Below are positions 20,130 to 36,032 of a stretch of 64,000 nt of DNA, one piece after another. A model generated the notes under the pieces. That model did no database searches. It saw nothing but the letters and a program-made list of their open reading frames with translations, and was not told the DNA's origin. The stretch is taken from the NCBI RefSeq assembly GCF_009914755.1, contig NC_060930.1. One strand, written 5' to 3'. Every line of letters begins with the position of its first letter. The first letter of the stretch is position 1. The position numbers were made by a program, and so were the translations under genes. The DNA comes from the human T2T-CHM13v2.0 reference genome, Homo sapiens.

Positions 20130-20668
20130 TCTGACAGGCAGACTAATGACCCCCTAAAGATGTCCATGTCCTATTTCCCCAAACCTGTTAGGTTACATAG
20201 CAAAGGTGAACCAAGGCTATAGATGAAATTGAGGTTGCTAATCAGCTGACCTTAAGGAGATTTTCCAGGGCTATCAACGTGGCCCAGTGCAATCACAAGG
20301 GACCTTAAAAGTGAAAGAGGGAGGCAGGAGAGAGCACGTGAGACTACTCAGGCAGCGTTGCTGGCTCTGCGGGTGAAAGCAGGGCCTTGGCTGAAGCTTC
20401 CTGCAGACGCAGAACTGGCTAGATATGCTGGTTCGGAGAAAAACCAGGGCTCAAGGCCCTGCTTCCAGGGCCCAAAGTAGCCCACTTCCAAGAGAGAGAA
20501 AAGGCAAGGGAACCAGTCCTCCCCTACTCTCCCTCCAGAAGGAAAGTAGTGAGACCCATGCCAGACTTCTAATCTATGGAACTGTAAAATAATAAATCTG
20601 TGTTTATGCTTTATTTCGAACCACAAATGTGTAGTAATTTGTTATAGAAACAGTAGGAAACTAGTTCA
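20130..20668 (+). mobile_element. MaLR solo LTR (MLT1D-like) with an internal foreign insert
   Basis: CCCCTAAAGATGTCCATGTCCTA; AGGTTGCTAATCAGCTGACCTTAA; ends TAATTTGTTATAGAAACAGTAGGAAACTAGTTCA. Confidence 0.85.
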
Positions 20669-22402
20669 TCATGCCATTCCCCTAACTATTCCAACATCTC
20701 ACTACCTGTATCTCAGCCACTGCTCATCCAGCTCCAGCTGCCTTGCTCTGTGCATCATAACCATACAGGTAGCCGCTTATTTGCTTACTTCTTATGTGGC
20801 CTGTTACCCCGGTGTTGAGACCCCCACCCCAGAGTATAGTGTTACTTCTTAATGTTCACATTTTTGAAACCTCATTTTTGCCATGGTAACTCTTCCAAAT
20901 CTCATTACTCTTACTCCCTCAGTCCTGTCTTTAGTCCACTACATTTTAGTAGATGACCTTACCCCTACTCTACTGGTGATGTTGACAGCATCTGTCTTGA
21001 GCTCCCTTTACTTTCAAAACCTCTCTGTGAATTCCAGTCATCCATTTCTGGGTTTCCATCTCTGGACCTCTGTTCAGCATTTCACAGTGTCAACACCACC
21101 TTCCTTTTTTCCATGGCCTCTGTGACATTGCATTCATTTTCCCATCCCTCTAATTGCTTTTCCCCCTTTATATCAGCCATATTTTTTTCAGTCCTTAAAT
21201 CTAAGCCTTCCTTAGTTTCTGTTCTCAAACTTCAGGCCTCCTTTTAAAATTTATTCATTCTCTTGATGTCATAGCTTCATCCAAGACTTCAGTATCACCA
21301 CTACAAGGGATATCTTCACATCTGGCTGTCATGCCCCTCCAGGCCCCAGGCATACTGCTAGGTAACATCTTCTTTTAGCCCCAGTTCATGAGAGAGAGAG
21401 GGGAGTCTTCTTTCTGTAAACTTGTATTGGGGATTATCTCAGATGCAGGATCTTAGAGTCTTGTGTTCTGGACACTCCAGGCCCTTTTATGGTGTGGCAA
21501 GGGAGGTGGCAGGACTTATGGACAGGGCACCAAGATCCACTTGGGTTGAGGTCAACACAGGTACCCCATTCTTCCTCCCCATTCCAGCTCTTACCTCCAG
21601 GATTTATGCAGAAAGAAATGGGCTAGGCTGAAGGACCTGTGTTTTATTCCTCTAGGGGTTTGGTCAGTTTTGTTACAGGTACTCCTTATGGGACCAGGGA
21701 AAACCTGCTCTGAAGACTTTATTTCAGAGGTGGGCAAGTATGAGGTTCAGTTTGCTCTAAATGGCTTCTGAGGGACACTTGGCCAACTTTTCCCTTGGCA
21801 GTAGATACTTTTGCGTCATTTGCCTTAGGTTCTTGTACACGGGGAGGGTGAGAATTTGGGTAGGTAGAAAGGTCTGTGAGGAGACCTGAAGTTGGAAAGG
21901 TCAGTGTCATTGGAAGACAGTTGCCCTCTTTGGGATGGGTATGGATCCTTACCTAAAACACTAGGGTTGGAGCACCATTCTAAAGCACAATGGAGCAGTC
22001 CTTTCCCATGGCAGCTCATGCCTCGTCCTAGATCTCGCCAGGGCCAGAAGCACCTCCAGTGCTTTGTGGACTATGTGCTGCAGCACCCAGTCCCAGACAC
22101 ACAGGACTTCACTCATTGAGACACATAGTTAACCATCTTTTCAACTCACTGCAAAACAATTATTTCTGAAGTAATATGAAACCTTGCCTTGAGCTATAAT
22201 GATATAAAGACAATTAAATTATATCCTCTTTGCTTCTCTATTGAGCCAACTGTAAAACATAGTATTTGCCTTGTGGCTTTGGCAGGTGCACATGATTTGC
22301 CTGGTGTGATGTTACATCAGTGAAAAGTGTTGCCTCACAATCAAACTCATCAGGCTTATTCATCTGTACTGGAAGGTTTATTCAACTATAAATACAAGAC
22401 AA

Positions 22403-22708
22403 GGCCAGGTGCAGTGGCTCCCACCTGTAATCCCACCACTTTGGGAGGCCAAGGCGGGCAGATCACTTGAGCCCAGGAATTTGAGAACAGCCTGAGCAAC
22501 ATGGTGAAACCCTGTCTCTACAAAAAAATGCAAAAATTAATCTGGTGTGGTGGCATGAGCCCGTAGTCCCAGCTATTCGGGAAGCTGAGGTGGGAGGATT
22601 GCTTGAGTCTGGGAAGTGGAGGTTGCAGTGAGTCATGTTAGTGCCACTGCACCCCAGCCTGGGTGACAGAGGGAGACCCTGTCTCAGAAAAAAAAAAAAA
22701 AAAAAAAG
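22403..22708 (+). mobile_element. AluJ-like
   Basis: Sense dimer with A tail; TSD ACAAGACA. Confidence 0.9.
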
Positions 22709-24731
22709 ACACAAGACATTTAAGGATGGGTGCATCATCACGGTCTTTACCTCCATGATCTCAACATCTTAGACTCTGAAGGGAAGGCGTTTTTTTTGTT
22801 TTGTTTTGTTTTGTTTTTCCTTTAGTAATATTACATGCTTGACATTTTTCTAGCCTACCCACCTGTGGCAAAGGAAGGTAATTTAATTTTTGTACTAATT
22901 CAGGTGAACATAGTTAAGTTTATCCTGAAAGGCTCAGCAAACACATATTTTTCTTTTGTAGCTGTGCAATATGTAAACTGTCACCAGTTGGTGGCTTTTA
23001 GTAGCGCTCCCCATTGGGACCAGAGATATCTAGCTACAGCTTATGGAAGGGCGTTGGCCAGAAGCTGCCAGATATGGGAAGAAGGAAGCATATTGTGGGC
23101 TCTAGAAATAGGAAGCTACCTACAAAATTATATAAAGAGACTATTCTGAAAGCACGAAGACCTAAAGTGACAGCTGTTTATGATGACAGCAAGAAGGGCA
23201 GAAGTATGCAACAAAGAAAATGGAGCTGAGATATTAAAAGGAATGAACAACACTTAACCTAATCCCAAAAGGAACTATGGGAAGAATTAGCCTGGGGTAT
23301 TCATCTACCACATAAACAAAGCAAAAACAAACAATTGAAATTTTTCAGATTCTTTAGAAGGAAAGAAAGACGAGTATTGTTAATGTTTTATTGCTTATCT
23401 GCCAAGAACTACACAAACTAGTTTTTACATTTGTTCTGTCATAAGATTCGTAAAATATGGTGATTGCACTTTTGAATCTCCTTATCTGGAGATCTAAAAA
23501 CATAGTCAATAGTCCTGTCTTCCTGAAGTAATTTAGGTGTGGTTGCCTGTAGGCAGGGAGATCATTTTTTATAGTCTAGAGGAATGTTCAGGGTCTCTTT
23601 GGCTCTGTGAATGGTTCTGATTTGAAGATACGGATGACTAGAACAGGACTGTAATGGAAGCATCTATTTAAATTTATTTTTTCCTCGTAGCTTTAATTTT
23701 TAAATAATTTAAAGGAAATATTTAAAAGTCAGATAAATCCTATGTGAATCAACTATGTTCATGTTTCTATGTCACCCCTCAGTCTTCATCTAGGACCCCC
23801 ATGTTTGTGATATAGATGAAATGATATCGTTGAGACATTTCCGTGTGTGTGTATGTGTGCTGGTAGGACCTCAGACATAGGGGGCTGAGTTAATCAACCT
23901 TCTCAGATCGTGGTCTGTCATTACTGGTCCAAGCCGGGCTTCTTGTCATTTATCATTCATTCCCTTTTATTCTCATTCTCCACTCCCATTTCTTCCCCCA
24001 CTTCACACTATTCTATTGTGTTCAATGTATATAGGTTTTTATTTTTATGTACCTATGAAAATTATTTATGTGTTTTTTTTAGTGTCCATCTGTGATGTAT
24101 GTTTAAAACAGATGGACACTAACATCCCATTCAGTTTTTCTTGATGTAAACCTGTTTACCCTTTTGGTGTATATTTCTGGCTTGTTATTCCTAATTGCTG
24201 GAATCTAATTGCTCTGGAATCTCAGAGCTTACCTATCATGCTTTATTTACCCTCTAGCTCCCCATTGCCATAGATAATACTGTGATGAACATCCTTCAGC
24301 AGGTCCCTTATGATGTACATAAAGTATATACCTGTTGGGAGAGGATGCTTATCTGTGAGTTAAATTGCTAGGTCATATGAGCTATATATACTTAATTCTC
24401 TGGAATGACTGAACAGTTTACATTCCTTGTAGTGGTTCACATTTCTGTCAACATTGGAATTATACAGCTTTCTGATTTTACCAGGCTAATAGGTATAAAA
24501 TGATACATTGTTTTCATTTGCATTTTTCTGATCACATACAGGTTGGAGCATCTTTTCATGGTTAATTCAATTTTATATTCTTTTTGTCACATTTTTATCT
24601 ATTGCAGTACGGTTCTGGGGTTTCTGATATCTGAATTAATATATTGAGATGTATTTAACCCTGACAGTTAGGTTGAATCATATGCAGGTGCCAATGTTGG
24701 CCATTTTTGACCTTTAAAAACAGTGAAATCT

Positions 24732-25167
<436 letters not shown>

Positions 25168-25577
25168 CTAAGAGAAGGATTACTGATTCAGAATGAACTT
25201 TTCTATGGCTATTGTTACATATTGCCAAATCACTTTCTAAAAGGACTGTACTCATTTACATTAGGCATCATTTATATGGTAACTCTACTGGTTTTACTCT
25301 AACTTCATAATCATTATACATTATCATTTAAACCATTAGTAACTAAACATTACCTCATTGTTTTTATTTATATTGTTTAATTATAGTTAATATTAATCAT
25401 TTATTCAGGACGAATAGTGTGCTTTTATGAGTATGATCTATTTGTGCCCTGAGTCCATTTTCCTATTAGTGTCTTTTTGTCAGTTGATTTGAAAGTGGGT
25501 TTCTATATATGGTAGTTTTACCCTGGCTTCAGTCCCTGAAAATGAAATTATTCATTTACATACAATTTATTCTTCAG

Positions 25578-25657
25578 ATGACAATCAAAACAAAACACAT
25601 GATAAAAAAGAGAAGAAGATGGTGGTTCAGAAGCCCCATGGGACTATGGAATACACT
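25578..25657 (+). CDS. NCOA7: NCOA7 exon (DDNQNKTHDKK...HGTMEYT)
   Basis: TTCAG acceptor; GTGAGT donor; 80 nt, phase 1 to 0; continues the frame. Confidence 0.95.
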
Positions 25658-25856
25658 GTGAGTATAACCAAGGTGGTATAAATGTTTGTTAATAGCACTA
25701 CATTTATATAATGGTTTTCCCTGACACATCCTGCCCCTTGGCTGCATTCCTCTTGTGTACCCATTAAACAATCAAGCTTCTTAAGACCAGTTTTAGGTCA
25801 TTTCTTTTTCCTCCATATTTTCTCCCTGGTCAATCTCAAATAAACCAGTGAATTGA

Positions 25857-26077
25857 GAATGTGAGGGTGATCTGGCTGCAACATCCATCACCCTGTTGAC
25901 CACCAGCATTGTTTAGGCTGATCTGGCTGACTAGGCAGGTATCCCTTTCTTCCCCCACCACTCCATGTGCATCCCTCTGGAGCTTGGATGAAGAGGATGA
26001 CCTTCCCCAATAGAGGAGGACATTTCTTGGGTCACGGGTATTCTAGTAACTGTGTTGCCCTGTTAGAACCTCCAAAC
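25857..26077 (+). pseudogene. 7SK RNA pseudogene, 3'-truncated
   Basis: GAATGTGAGGGTGATCTGGCTGC...GCTGATCTGGCTGACTAGG...AGAGGAGGAC...TAGAACCTCCAAAC is collinear with the first ~230 nt of 7SK; many CpG-decay changes. Confidence 0.93.
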
Positions 26078-28951
26078 TGATGACTTGAATTATTTTTGAT
26101 ATAAACAGGGACTACCACTTTTAGGTCACCAACCCAGACATTCTTTTTAAGTTCCAAAGCTATGTACTCATTTGGCTACTCAACATATCCACCTGGTCCT
26201 CCATGCTTGGTCGTCTTTCAAGAAACAATGGCTCCATCATTCCTACATTTGTGCAGGCTAGAACTTAATTCTTGACATCTTCATCCCCTTACTCTCCATG
26301 TTCGTTACTACCTTCTGTGATTTTTCCAGCCAGTCTAGGCCATATCCCTTTTTTAACATTCTCGTAGAATCATGTTGCTTAACTTAATTTATCTCAGTTT
26401 AACATTATTAATTCATTAGCGTGTTGTTATTTTAATCTCTATCTCATGCTTTAATTCATATATCCATGAAGAGAGATTAGACATCTCTTTGTTCACCATT
26501 ATATTCCTGGTAACTTGCAGGGTATAGATCTCCATATTGTTGAGCAGTAGATGAACAATGCTAGGTGTGTGTTCATTACTACAACTCCACACTGTGTGCC
26601 ATGTGCTCATCTCTGTCACTGCATCATAAGCTCCTGGAGGCCGGGAGTTGTATCTTATGTATCCTAGGCTTGGCACAAAGTGGGGACTCAGTTGTAGATA
26701 TATTTTAATTCACTATTAAGTAGCACTCTTGAGGAGTGTTCTCTTTGACTTCTAAGAAGAAATTAAGTACTATTGCCATTGCCTGGTTGTATTTTCCTAA
26801 TGTGTACTTATTTTATAGTCATTATTTGTAAGCAATGCCAGACCCTATATAAGACAGGCAGCAAGATCTAATTCTTTGCTGGTGTTTCTTTTGCAATAGT
26901 AAATCTGCAAGCCTCTGTAGAGTCACATTGAAGATCTCTGTCACAGGCTTTCATGATCAATGCCCTGTGAACGTCTCTAGACATCTTTCTAAAGTGTATA
27001 AGCATAGTCATTTTTAGAAAGGATTTGGGATGATTATATCTTATATTACCATTGTCTAAAATATACTGTTGATTCTCATAACACCTAGAATAGTGCCTTA
27101 CCTCAAAATAGGCACTCAAGAAGTATTGGACTCAATTATTTATTATTAATAACAATATTACTTCTAAAGCCATAATCATTAAGATCTGTATGTGTCTAGC
27201 ACCTTTATTCACATGCTCCTCCAAAGAATGGAGAGGTGCTTTTGCCAGGAGTTACTTCATATAGTATATACTGAATAATGTAGTGACAGTAAAAAAAAAA
27301 AAAAAAATCAAACTCCGAATTAATTAAATATTAACAAGTGATCAAGTCAATAATGCAGGTATGCCTACCTCTCTGTTTCATGTTATGGAGATTAATTTTA
27401 TTTGACAAGTTGGTTTTGTGCTTGTCATTGGAAATAAAAGGTAACTCATATAATTTTGTGTTTAAAGAGCCTGCTAGCACTTACCCGATTGCTTTTACTA
27501 CTCCTGAGCTGTGGATGATCAAGCATTCTGGCTTAGTTTCAGTCATTTGATGATACCAACATCCCTCTCGGGGTCTGTGCCCTAATTCTACATGTATGTC
27601 TTGTCTTTAATAACTGCAGATTGTTAAAGTTTTTCTTACTCTGATCCCCCTATACAGTGTATGTTTTACAAGTTTACTCATAACAATATGAATATAGTAT
27701 ACAAATACATAATACAGTATTAAAAATATTTTTTAACTTTGTTTTTAGTGGAGATGGTTTTACCTAGGGTAGAAGTAGTGGCATATGTTGTTTACTTTAG
27801 TGATTTAAAAAATTATACATACTACATATAATATATCCTAACTTGTTCCAGAAGGGCTTTGAGGCTGTTTCAATGTAATCTGTAACCGTAACCTTTGATT
27901 AGTCTGAGACAGTTCATCTAGTAGTTGGACCTCTGATACTGAAGGCAGCGATGGGTTTAATTCTCCTCCTACATCTCTACCCTTTCACCAGTCCACATCT
28001 TCCTTCAGCCTCCTCACATCTCCACATAATTCAAGGCTCACCTGGTGGAGCCAGTTCTGCTTACAAAGAACTTATACCAGTCTTGACCCAGGGCTATCAA
28101 TTGGAACTTCTCAGTGACATTCATCAGAGTGACCTCCCACTAGCAAGTCTATCTGGCAGCTCTGATCAGGGAGTTTGTCCTGGGATGTTGACATGACATC
28201 AGGGAGCCAACTTTTTTTCTGGGTAGAGCTGTTTTCCTGTGAAGTTTCTCATCTCCTCACTGCCCTCTATTCCTGTTCCTCCTCAGAAGGAAAGAAAAGT
28301 GTACACCTGGGACATATGTCACAAGTTTTACAGATTTAGAGAATAACACTAATTTGACCATAGAAAAGTGTGGTTTTAATGATAGTGAACAATTATTGGT
28401 AGCTAATCTGAATTTCTTTCTGATTTCCTTGCTTTCACAGTATTCATTCATCAACTTTTTGAGTACCCTCCATGTATCAAGCAGTGTGCTGAGCCCAGGA
28501 GAAAACATTTTGCCAGCTTTGCCATACAAGCCAGCAGTTTATAGTATATGGAAAAGTCATGCAAATAGACAGAAAATTATAAGAGAGAAAGTAGCCCCAC
28601 TTCCCCTGAGGGTGGGGACTCTGTGTACATCGTATTTCTTTTCTTGTTGTAGTCTTCATTACAGCTCACGGACCTTTACTTCATGCGCCTCAGTTGCACC
28701 AAAGTAAAATTAGAAATCTATTAGGGGACAGTGAAATTTGAAAATGAGGAAGCCCAGAAATGAATTGCATTTAAGACTTTGCTGTAAAATGATTTTATTA
28801 AGAATTGACAATGTATTCATTCTTTCTTATAGTCTATCTTGATGGAACTATTAGTTTGTTATTTATTCATATTGCAGATAAATTAATAGTATCTATCAAA
28901 AGTAATTTTTTTTGCTTTATTTATTGACTCTTACCTGTTTGATTATTCTAG

Positions 28952-29059
28952 GCTGGAAACCAGGACACCCTAAACTCCATAGCACTGAAATTTAACATCA
29001 CTCCCAATAAATTGGTGGAACTGAATAAACTTTTCACACATACTATTGTTCCAGGCCAG
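28952..29059 (+). CDS. NCOA7: NCOA7 exon, LysM domain core ([36 protein letters not shown])
   Basis: TAG acceptor; CAG|GTAATT donor; 108 nt; LysM pattern DTL..IA.KF.....L..LN......PGQ. Confidence 0.96.
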
Positions 29060-29192
29060 GTAATTATACTCTTACTGGATATAACTCTAGAAATTCTGCA
29101 TTTATCTTTTATTGCCGTTTTCAGTGCCTCACTATTGTTTGTCACAGGATTATGATAAATGATAATGTGCTTTGGTTCAATATTTTCTCTCC

Positions 29193-29435
<243 letters not shown>

Positions 29436-30405
29436 TGACAGCATTGCTGTATGGTTAAGAACTTTAAGACCTCAAATCCTGATTGGCATATGTGTTGGGA
29501 GCAAACCCAAAATTATTTTCTGAAGGCAATAGGAAACTTTCACCCCTGCCCATGATCCAGGCTCACTTCCATGTTGAGGTAGCACATGTTCTGGCGGCTG
29601 CTCACCTCTCTTTACAGTGCAGTCAACTGTTTAAGCACAGGAATTACTCCTTAGATTTGACATTTGGAATGTTCAGACAATTGAATCGCAATCTATGTTA
29701 CCTAATACTTTTTTTAAGAGTTCAGATGCAAAAAAAATTTACTATTAGTGGAGAATTGCTTGGGAAAAACATCATCCATCCATTACTCTAGTTTAGCTAT
29801 ATAAGATAAATAAGAGCTATATACCAAGATCACAAAATTTTAGTCCTTTGTAAATTGCTTTTTACAGAACTCTAAACTTTGGCATTTCCATTGACCCATA
29901 TTGAAGATGCTATAAAAGGCAATACTCCAAAACTGGTTATTGTATTTACTGTTAGTGCATCATAGAGGACAAATAATTCAGTCTAGGATGCTCCTTTGTA
30001 TGAGATTCTGTAGGAGAGTACTTGTACTTCTGAGAAACTTCATTTTTATCTCATGGAAGTTGAATTCTGCTAACTAATGATGTTGTCTCTTTGCATTAAT
30101 TATATGGAAACTCAGAGTCACTTTTATGGCCCACTTCTTAATGAGTGGTTACCAGTTTTGGTGCATATATTTTTAGTAGTTATCAGTCCTCATCTTATAT
30201 CCCCCCTTGACTTTGATTTTCCCACTTTTATTTTAATGTGTTTTTTTATTGTTGTCTCAAATATTTTCTGGATTGAAGTGAGGTTTAAATGACTGGAAAG
30301 ATAGGAGACAGTGAATAACAATATTGATCAGTAATCAGTTGTTATATGATTAGCTCTGAATTCTGTTTTATAACATTAAAGGTCATCATTTTAAGATTAT
30401 ATTTG

Positions 30406-30911
<506 letters not shown>

Positions 30912-31018
30912 TTATACAATTTATCATATAAGGACCTACTGCTTTAGAACTCAGAGCCTGCTTGGAGTTAGCAAGCTGGGTTTGTTCCATTTCTACCTGG
31001 CACAGATATTAAGTTTAG

Positions 31019-31599
<581 letters not shown>

Positions 31600-31778
31600 T
31601 GAGTATCATTTCATGGATTAGTCTAGAAAACCGTAAGTTGCTTATGAGTTTCTTGAAAGCAACCTAGGTCGTAATCATGCACTGAACATGATACTGTGTA
31701 GAGAATAACTTCTCCAAACACTCACTAGTGGTTTGCCTGGTTGCTGGTACTCACCCATCTGTTCTCTCCCATTCTCAG

Positions 31779-31892
31779 GTCCTTTTTGTGCCAGATGCCA
31801 ACTCTCCTTCCAGTACCTTAAGGCTATCATCATCCAGTCCTGGTGCTACTGTCTCTCCTTCATCATCAGATGCAGAATATGATAAATTGCCT
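31779..31892 (+). CDS. NCOA7: NCOA7 exon (VLFVPDANSP...EYDKLP), LysM end plus Ser-rich linker
   Basis: CTCAG acceptor; GTATGT donor; 114 nt, phase 0 to 0. Confidence 0.95.
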
Positions 31893-32077
31893 GTATGTAT
31901 ATTATGCACTGAAGTTCATTTTTATTAAAGAGACTTCTTTTAAGTTGTAGAATTCAACATGTTATTTTTCACAAGATTACATCTGAAATTCTCCCTAGAT
32001 GGTTGAGATTAGGTAATTGGAGAATGCATCCTCTCCAAGGGAAACTTATTCACATTTAAGGTTTCAAAGGCAAAAAT

Positions 32078-32379
32078 GGCCAGACACAGTGGCTCAGCCT
32101 GTAGTCCCAGCACTCTGGGAGGCCGAGGCAGAAGGATTGCCTGAGCCCAGGAGTTTGAGACCAGCCTGGGCAATATAGTGAGATTCTGTCTCTACGAAAT
32201 ATTTTAAAAATTAGCCAGACATGGTGGCTCAAACCTGTAGTCCCACCTACTCAGGAGGCTGTGGTGGGAGGATCACTTGAGCCTGGGAGGTTGAGGCTGT
32301 GGTGAGCCATGATCGTACCACTGCACTCTAGCCTGGGTGACAGAGTGAAACCCTATCTCAAAAAAAAAAAAAAAAAAAA
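32078..32379 (+). mobile_element. AluJ-like
   Basis: Sense dimer; TSD AAAGGCAAAAAT. Confidence 0.9.
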
Positions 32380-32531
32380 GGCAAAAATGCATGCCTTGTG
32401 TAAAAGTATGAAGTTAAATTTCCAGTGACATGGATAGTTTATTTGTATTCCTCCTTTTTTTAAAAAAAAAAAACAAATTGAGTCATGAGTCTAATATGAA
32501 TTTTTTCATTTAGGTTACTAGGTTAGTGTTT

Positions 32532-32843
32532 ATTTTGTTGTTGTTGTTTGTGTGTGTGAGACAGAGTCTTTCTCCGTCACCCAGACTGCTGTAGTGCAAT
32601 GGCACGATCTTCGCTTACTGCAACCTCCGCCTCCTAGTTTCAAGCGATTCTCCTGCCTCAGCCTCCTAAGTAGCTGGGATTACAGGCACCGGCCACTATG
32701 CCCAGCTAATTTTTGTATTTTTACTGGAGACAGGGTTTCACCATATTAGTCAGGCAGGTCCCGAACTCCTGACCTCAGGTGATCTGCCCACCCCGGCCTC
32801 CCAAAGTGCTGGGATTACAGGCGTGAGCCACCACACCCAGCCC
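32532..32843 (-). mobile_element. AluS
   Basis: Antisense dimer; TAGGTTAGT on both flanks. Confidence 0.88.
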
Positions 32844-33114
32844 ATTTAGGTTAGTTTCTAAAGACATTTCATGAGTAAGTTTTATGGGTTCATACATATG
32901 CCTTTGCTTTTTTTAAAAGAAAAAAAAAACAGTTTGATTTGGGTATCTGTTATTACATTTGTGATATTTTTGAAGGACAGAGGATATTTGCCTTTTTAAT
33001 GTTCCACTTAAATAGAAATAGTATACTCACAGGGAATTTATGGGGCTTGATTTATACACATAATTTGTTTGAAAAGTGCTTTTATTTGATTTTGAAATTT
33101 TTTGCTTTCACAAG

Positions 33115-33240
33115 GATGCTGACTTAGCACGAAAGGCCTTGAAACCCATTGAAAGAGTCTTATCGTCTACTTCTGAAGAAGATGAGCCAGGTGTGGTGAA
33201 ATTTTTAAAAATGAATTGTCGATACTTCACCGATGGAAAG
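33115..33240 (+). CDS. NCOA7: NCOA7 exon (DADLARKALK...CRYFTDGK)
   Basis: AAG acceptor after a T-rich tract; AAG|GTATAT donor; 126 nt; KFLKMNCRYFTDGK is typical of the OXR1 family. Confidence 0.95.
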
Positions 33241-34034
33241 GTATATAGCAATGTAATTTGTTTCCTTTCCTTGAAATCTATGAAAAACTAAACAAAGTTA
33301 CAAATTACTGGAACAGAGGCTACATTAAAAGATCTTACCCAAAGTGTCAATTTTAGGTTTGACAAGCATCCATTAGTTTTCTTCTGTTGGATGCCTGGAA
33401 TTTTACTTACTGAGGTAAATGTTGTCACTGAGTGGAAATGTGATTCTTTGTGATCTTGGATTTATTGTTTTTTTCTTTTAGTTTGGGCCTATGAATTGTT
33501 AGGGAGACAATATACTGTACATATAACAGCAAACACTGGAGTCAGACTCACTGAATTTAAATTCCAACTCCACTACCCACTAACTCTGAGACCAGGGGCA
33601 AGGTATTTACATGTCTTAAGCTCCCATTTTTCTCATGCATAAAATAGAAACAATAAAAAAATTTAACTAATAGGATATGATAATGAAAAGTGATAATTTA
33701 TGTAAAGAATTTAGCACCTAATCTGGCTAAATAGTAAGCTCTCAAGCTGTGTTTGCTGTTGATGATATTGGTATTAATATCTGCTGTATCTTCTTTTTAG
33801 TTTTTTGGTTGTTGCTTGATTGTTTTCTGTGTGTTTTTGTTTTTTTGTTTTCACTAAGAACAAATTCAGCTTTTACTGAGCCTCTGGAGAAGGGACTATC
33901 TTGATAACCAGTGAGTTCCTGTGGTCATAGGAGAATTCATACCAGTTTTAGATAATAGGAAAAATATGTTATTGATGTGCATTTATAAAATTTGCAAACA
34001 AGAATAAATAATGCTTGACATAAAGAAATTTTTT

Positions 34035-35070
<1,036 letters not shown>

Positions 35071-35847
35071 ATCTACAAAACTTTTTACTGAGATAATCAC
35101 TAGACTCATTAAAAGTACCAAAATAAATTATTTGCCTAAAGGAAGTTATCTGTATCCTGCTGTTCATGGTAGATAATATCCGTATGGCCATTAAGGTCTC
35201 TTTTATAATTTGAGCAAGCTTCAGACTTCAAAGACTTCACCAAGCTACGACTTTTTGCTTTAATCTCCATAGTTCAGCTATATTCACTCTGGCTACAAAA
35301 GTTTCATGTTCCTATTTACTTTGACTTTTGTTGGATATGGGCTTTCTAAATATTTTAAAGAAAAATATTGGGACTATTCTTTGGCACTGTAACTCTGAAA
35401 CAGCTGCTCCCTTAGCACAGAACCATGCACTTGTCAGACACATGGTGAAGACTTGCAGAGTGAATTGTAAAGCCCTGTATTCTCGATCGGGTAAGCACTT
35501 GGGCAGCCCCTCCCATTTTGCAGACAGAGAACTAGAAAATCTAGGAAATCTGAGACGTGCATGTGAGAACCAGGATCACTCCACAACTGTGCTGTTGCAG
35601 CAGCTGTGATAGAACCAGGCTCAGCTGGTTGCCTCAGTGAGCCACATCTGTTTTCTCTGCCTCACCACCTAGCATTGCATTTCTTCAGCCTGTTTTTCTG
35701 GTCCTCACAAAGGGGATGTAATTGTCACATAGGATACTGTGGTTCACAAAGTCCATGGAGTGGCCATCTGAGTTAATTAAAGCTCTGTGGTAGTTGCTGA
35801 AAGCATTTCTGCCTGAAGTGATTCTGTCCTGTTGCTTTCTCCTGCAG

Positions 35848-36032
35848 GGTGTGGTTGGCGGTGTTATGATAGTGACTCCTAACAACATCATGTTTGACCC
35901 TCATAAATCTGATCCTCTGGTTATTGAAAATGGGTGTGAGGAGTATGGTCTCATCTGCCCCATGGAAGAGGTTGTTTCCATTGCGCTCTACAATGACATT
36001 TCTCACATGAAGATCAAAGATGCCTTGCCATC
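35848..36032 (+). CDS. NCOA7: NCOA7 exon, GRAM-like region (GVVGGVMIVTPNNIMFDP...KDALPS)
   Basis: CTGCAG acceptor; GTAAGA donor; 185 nt, phase 0 to 2. Confidence 0.96.
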
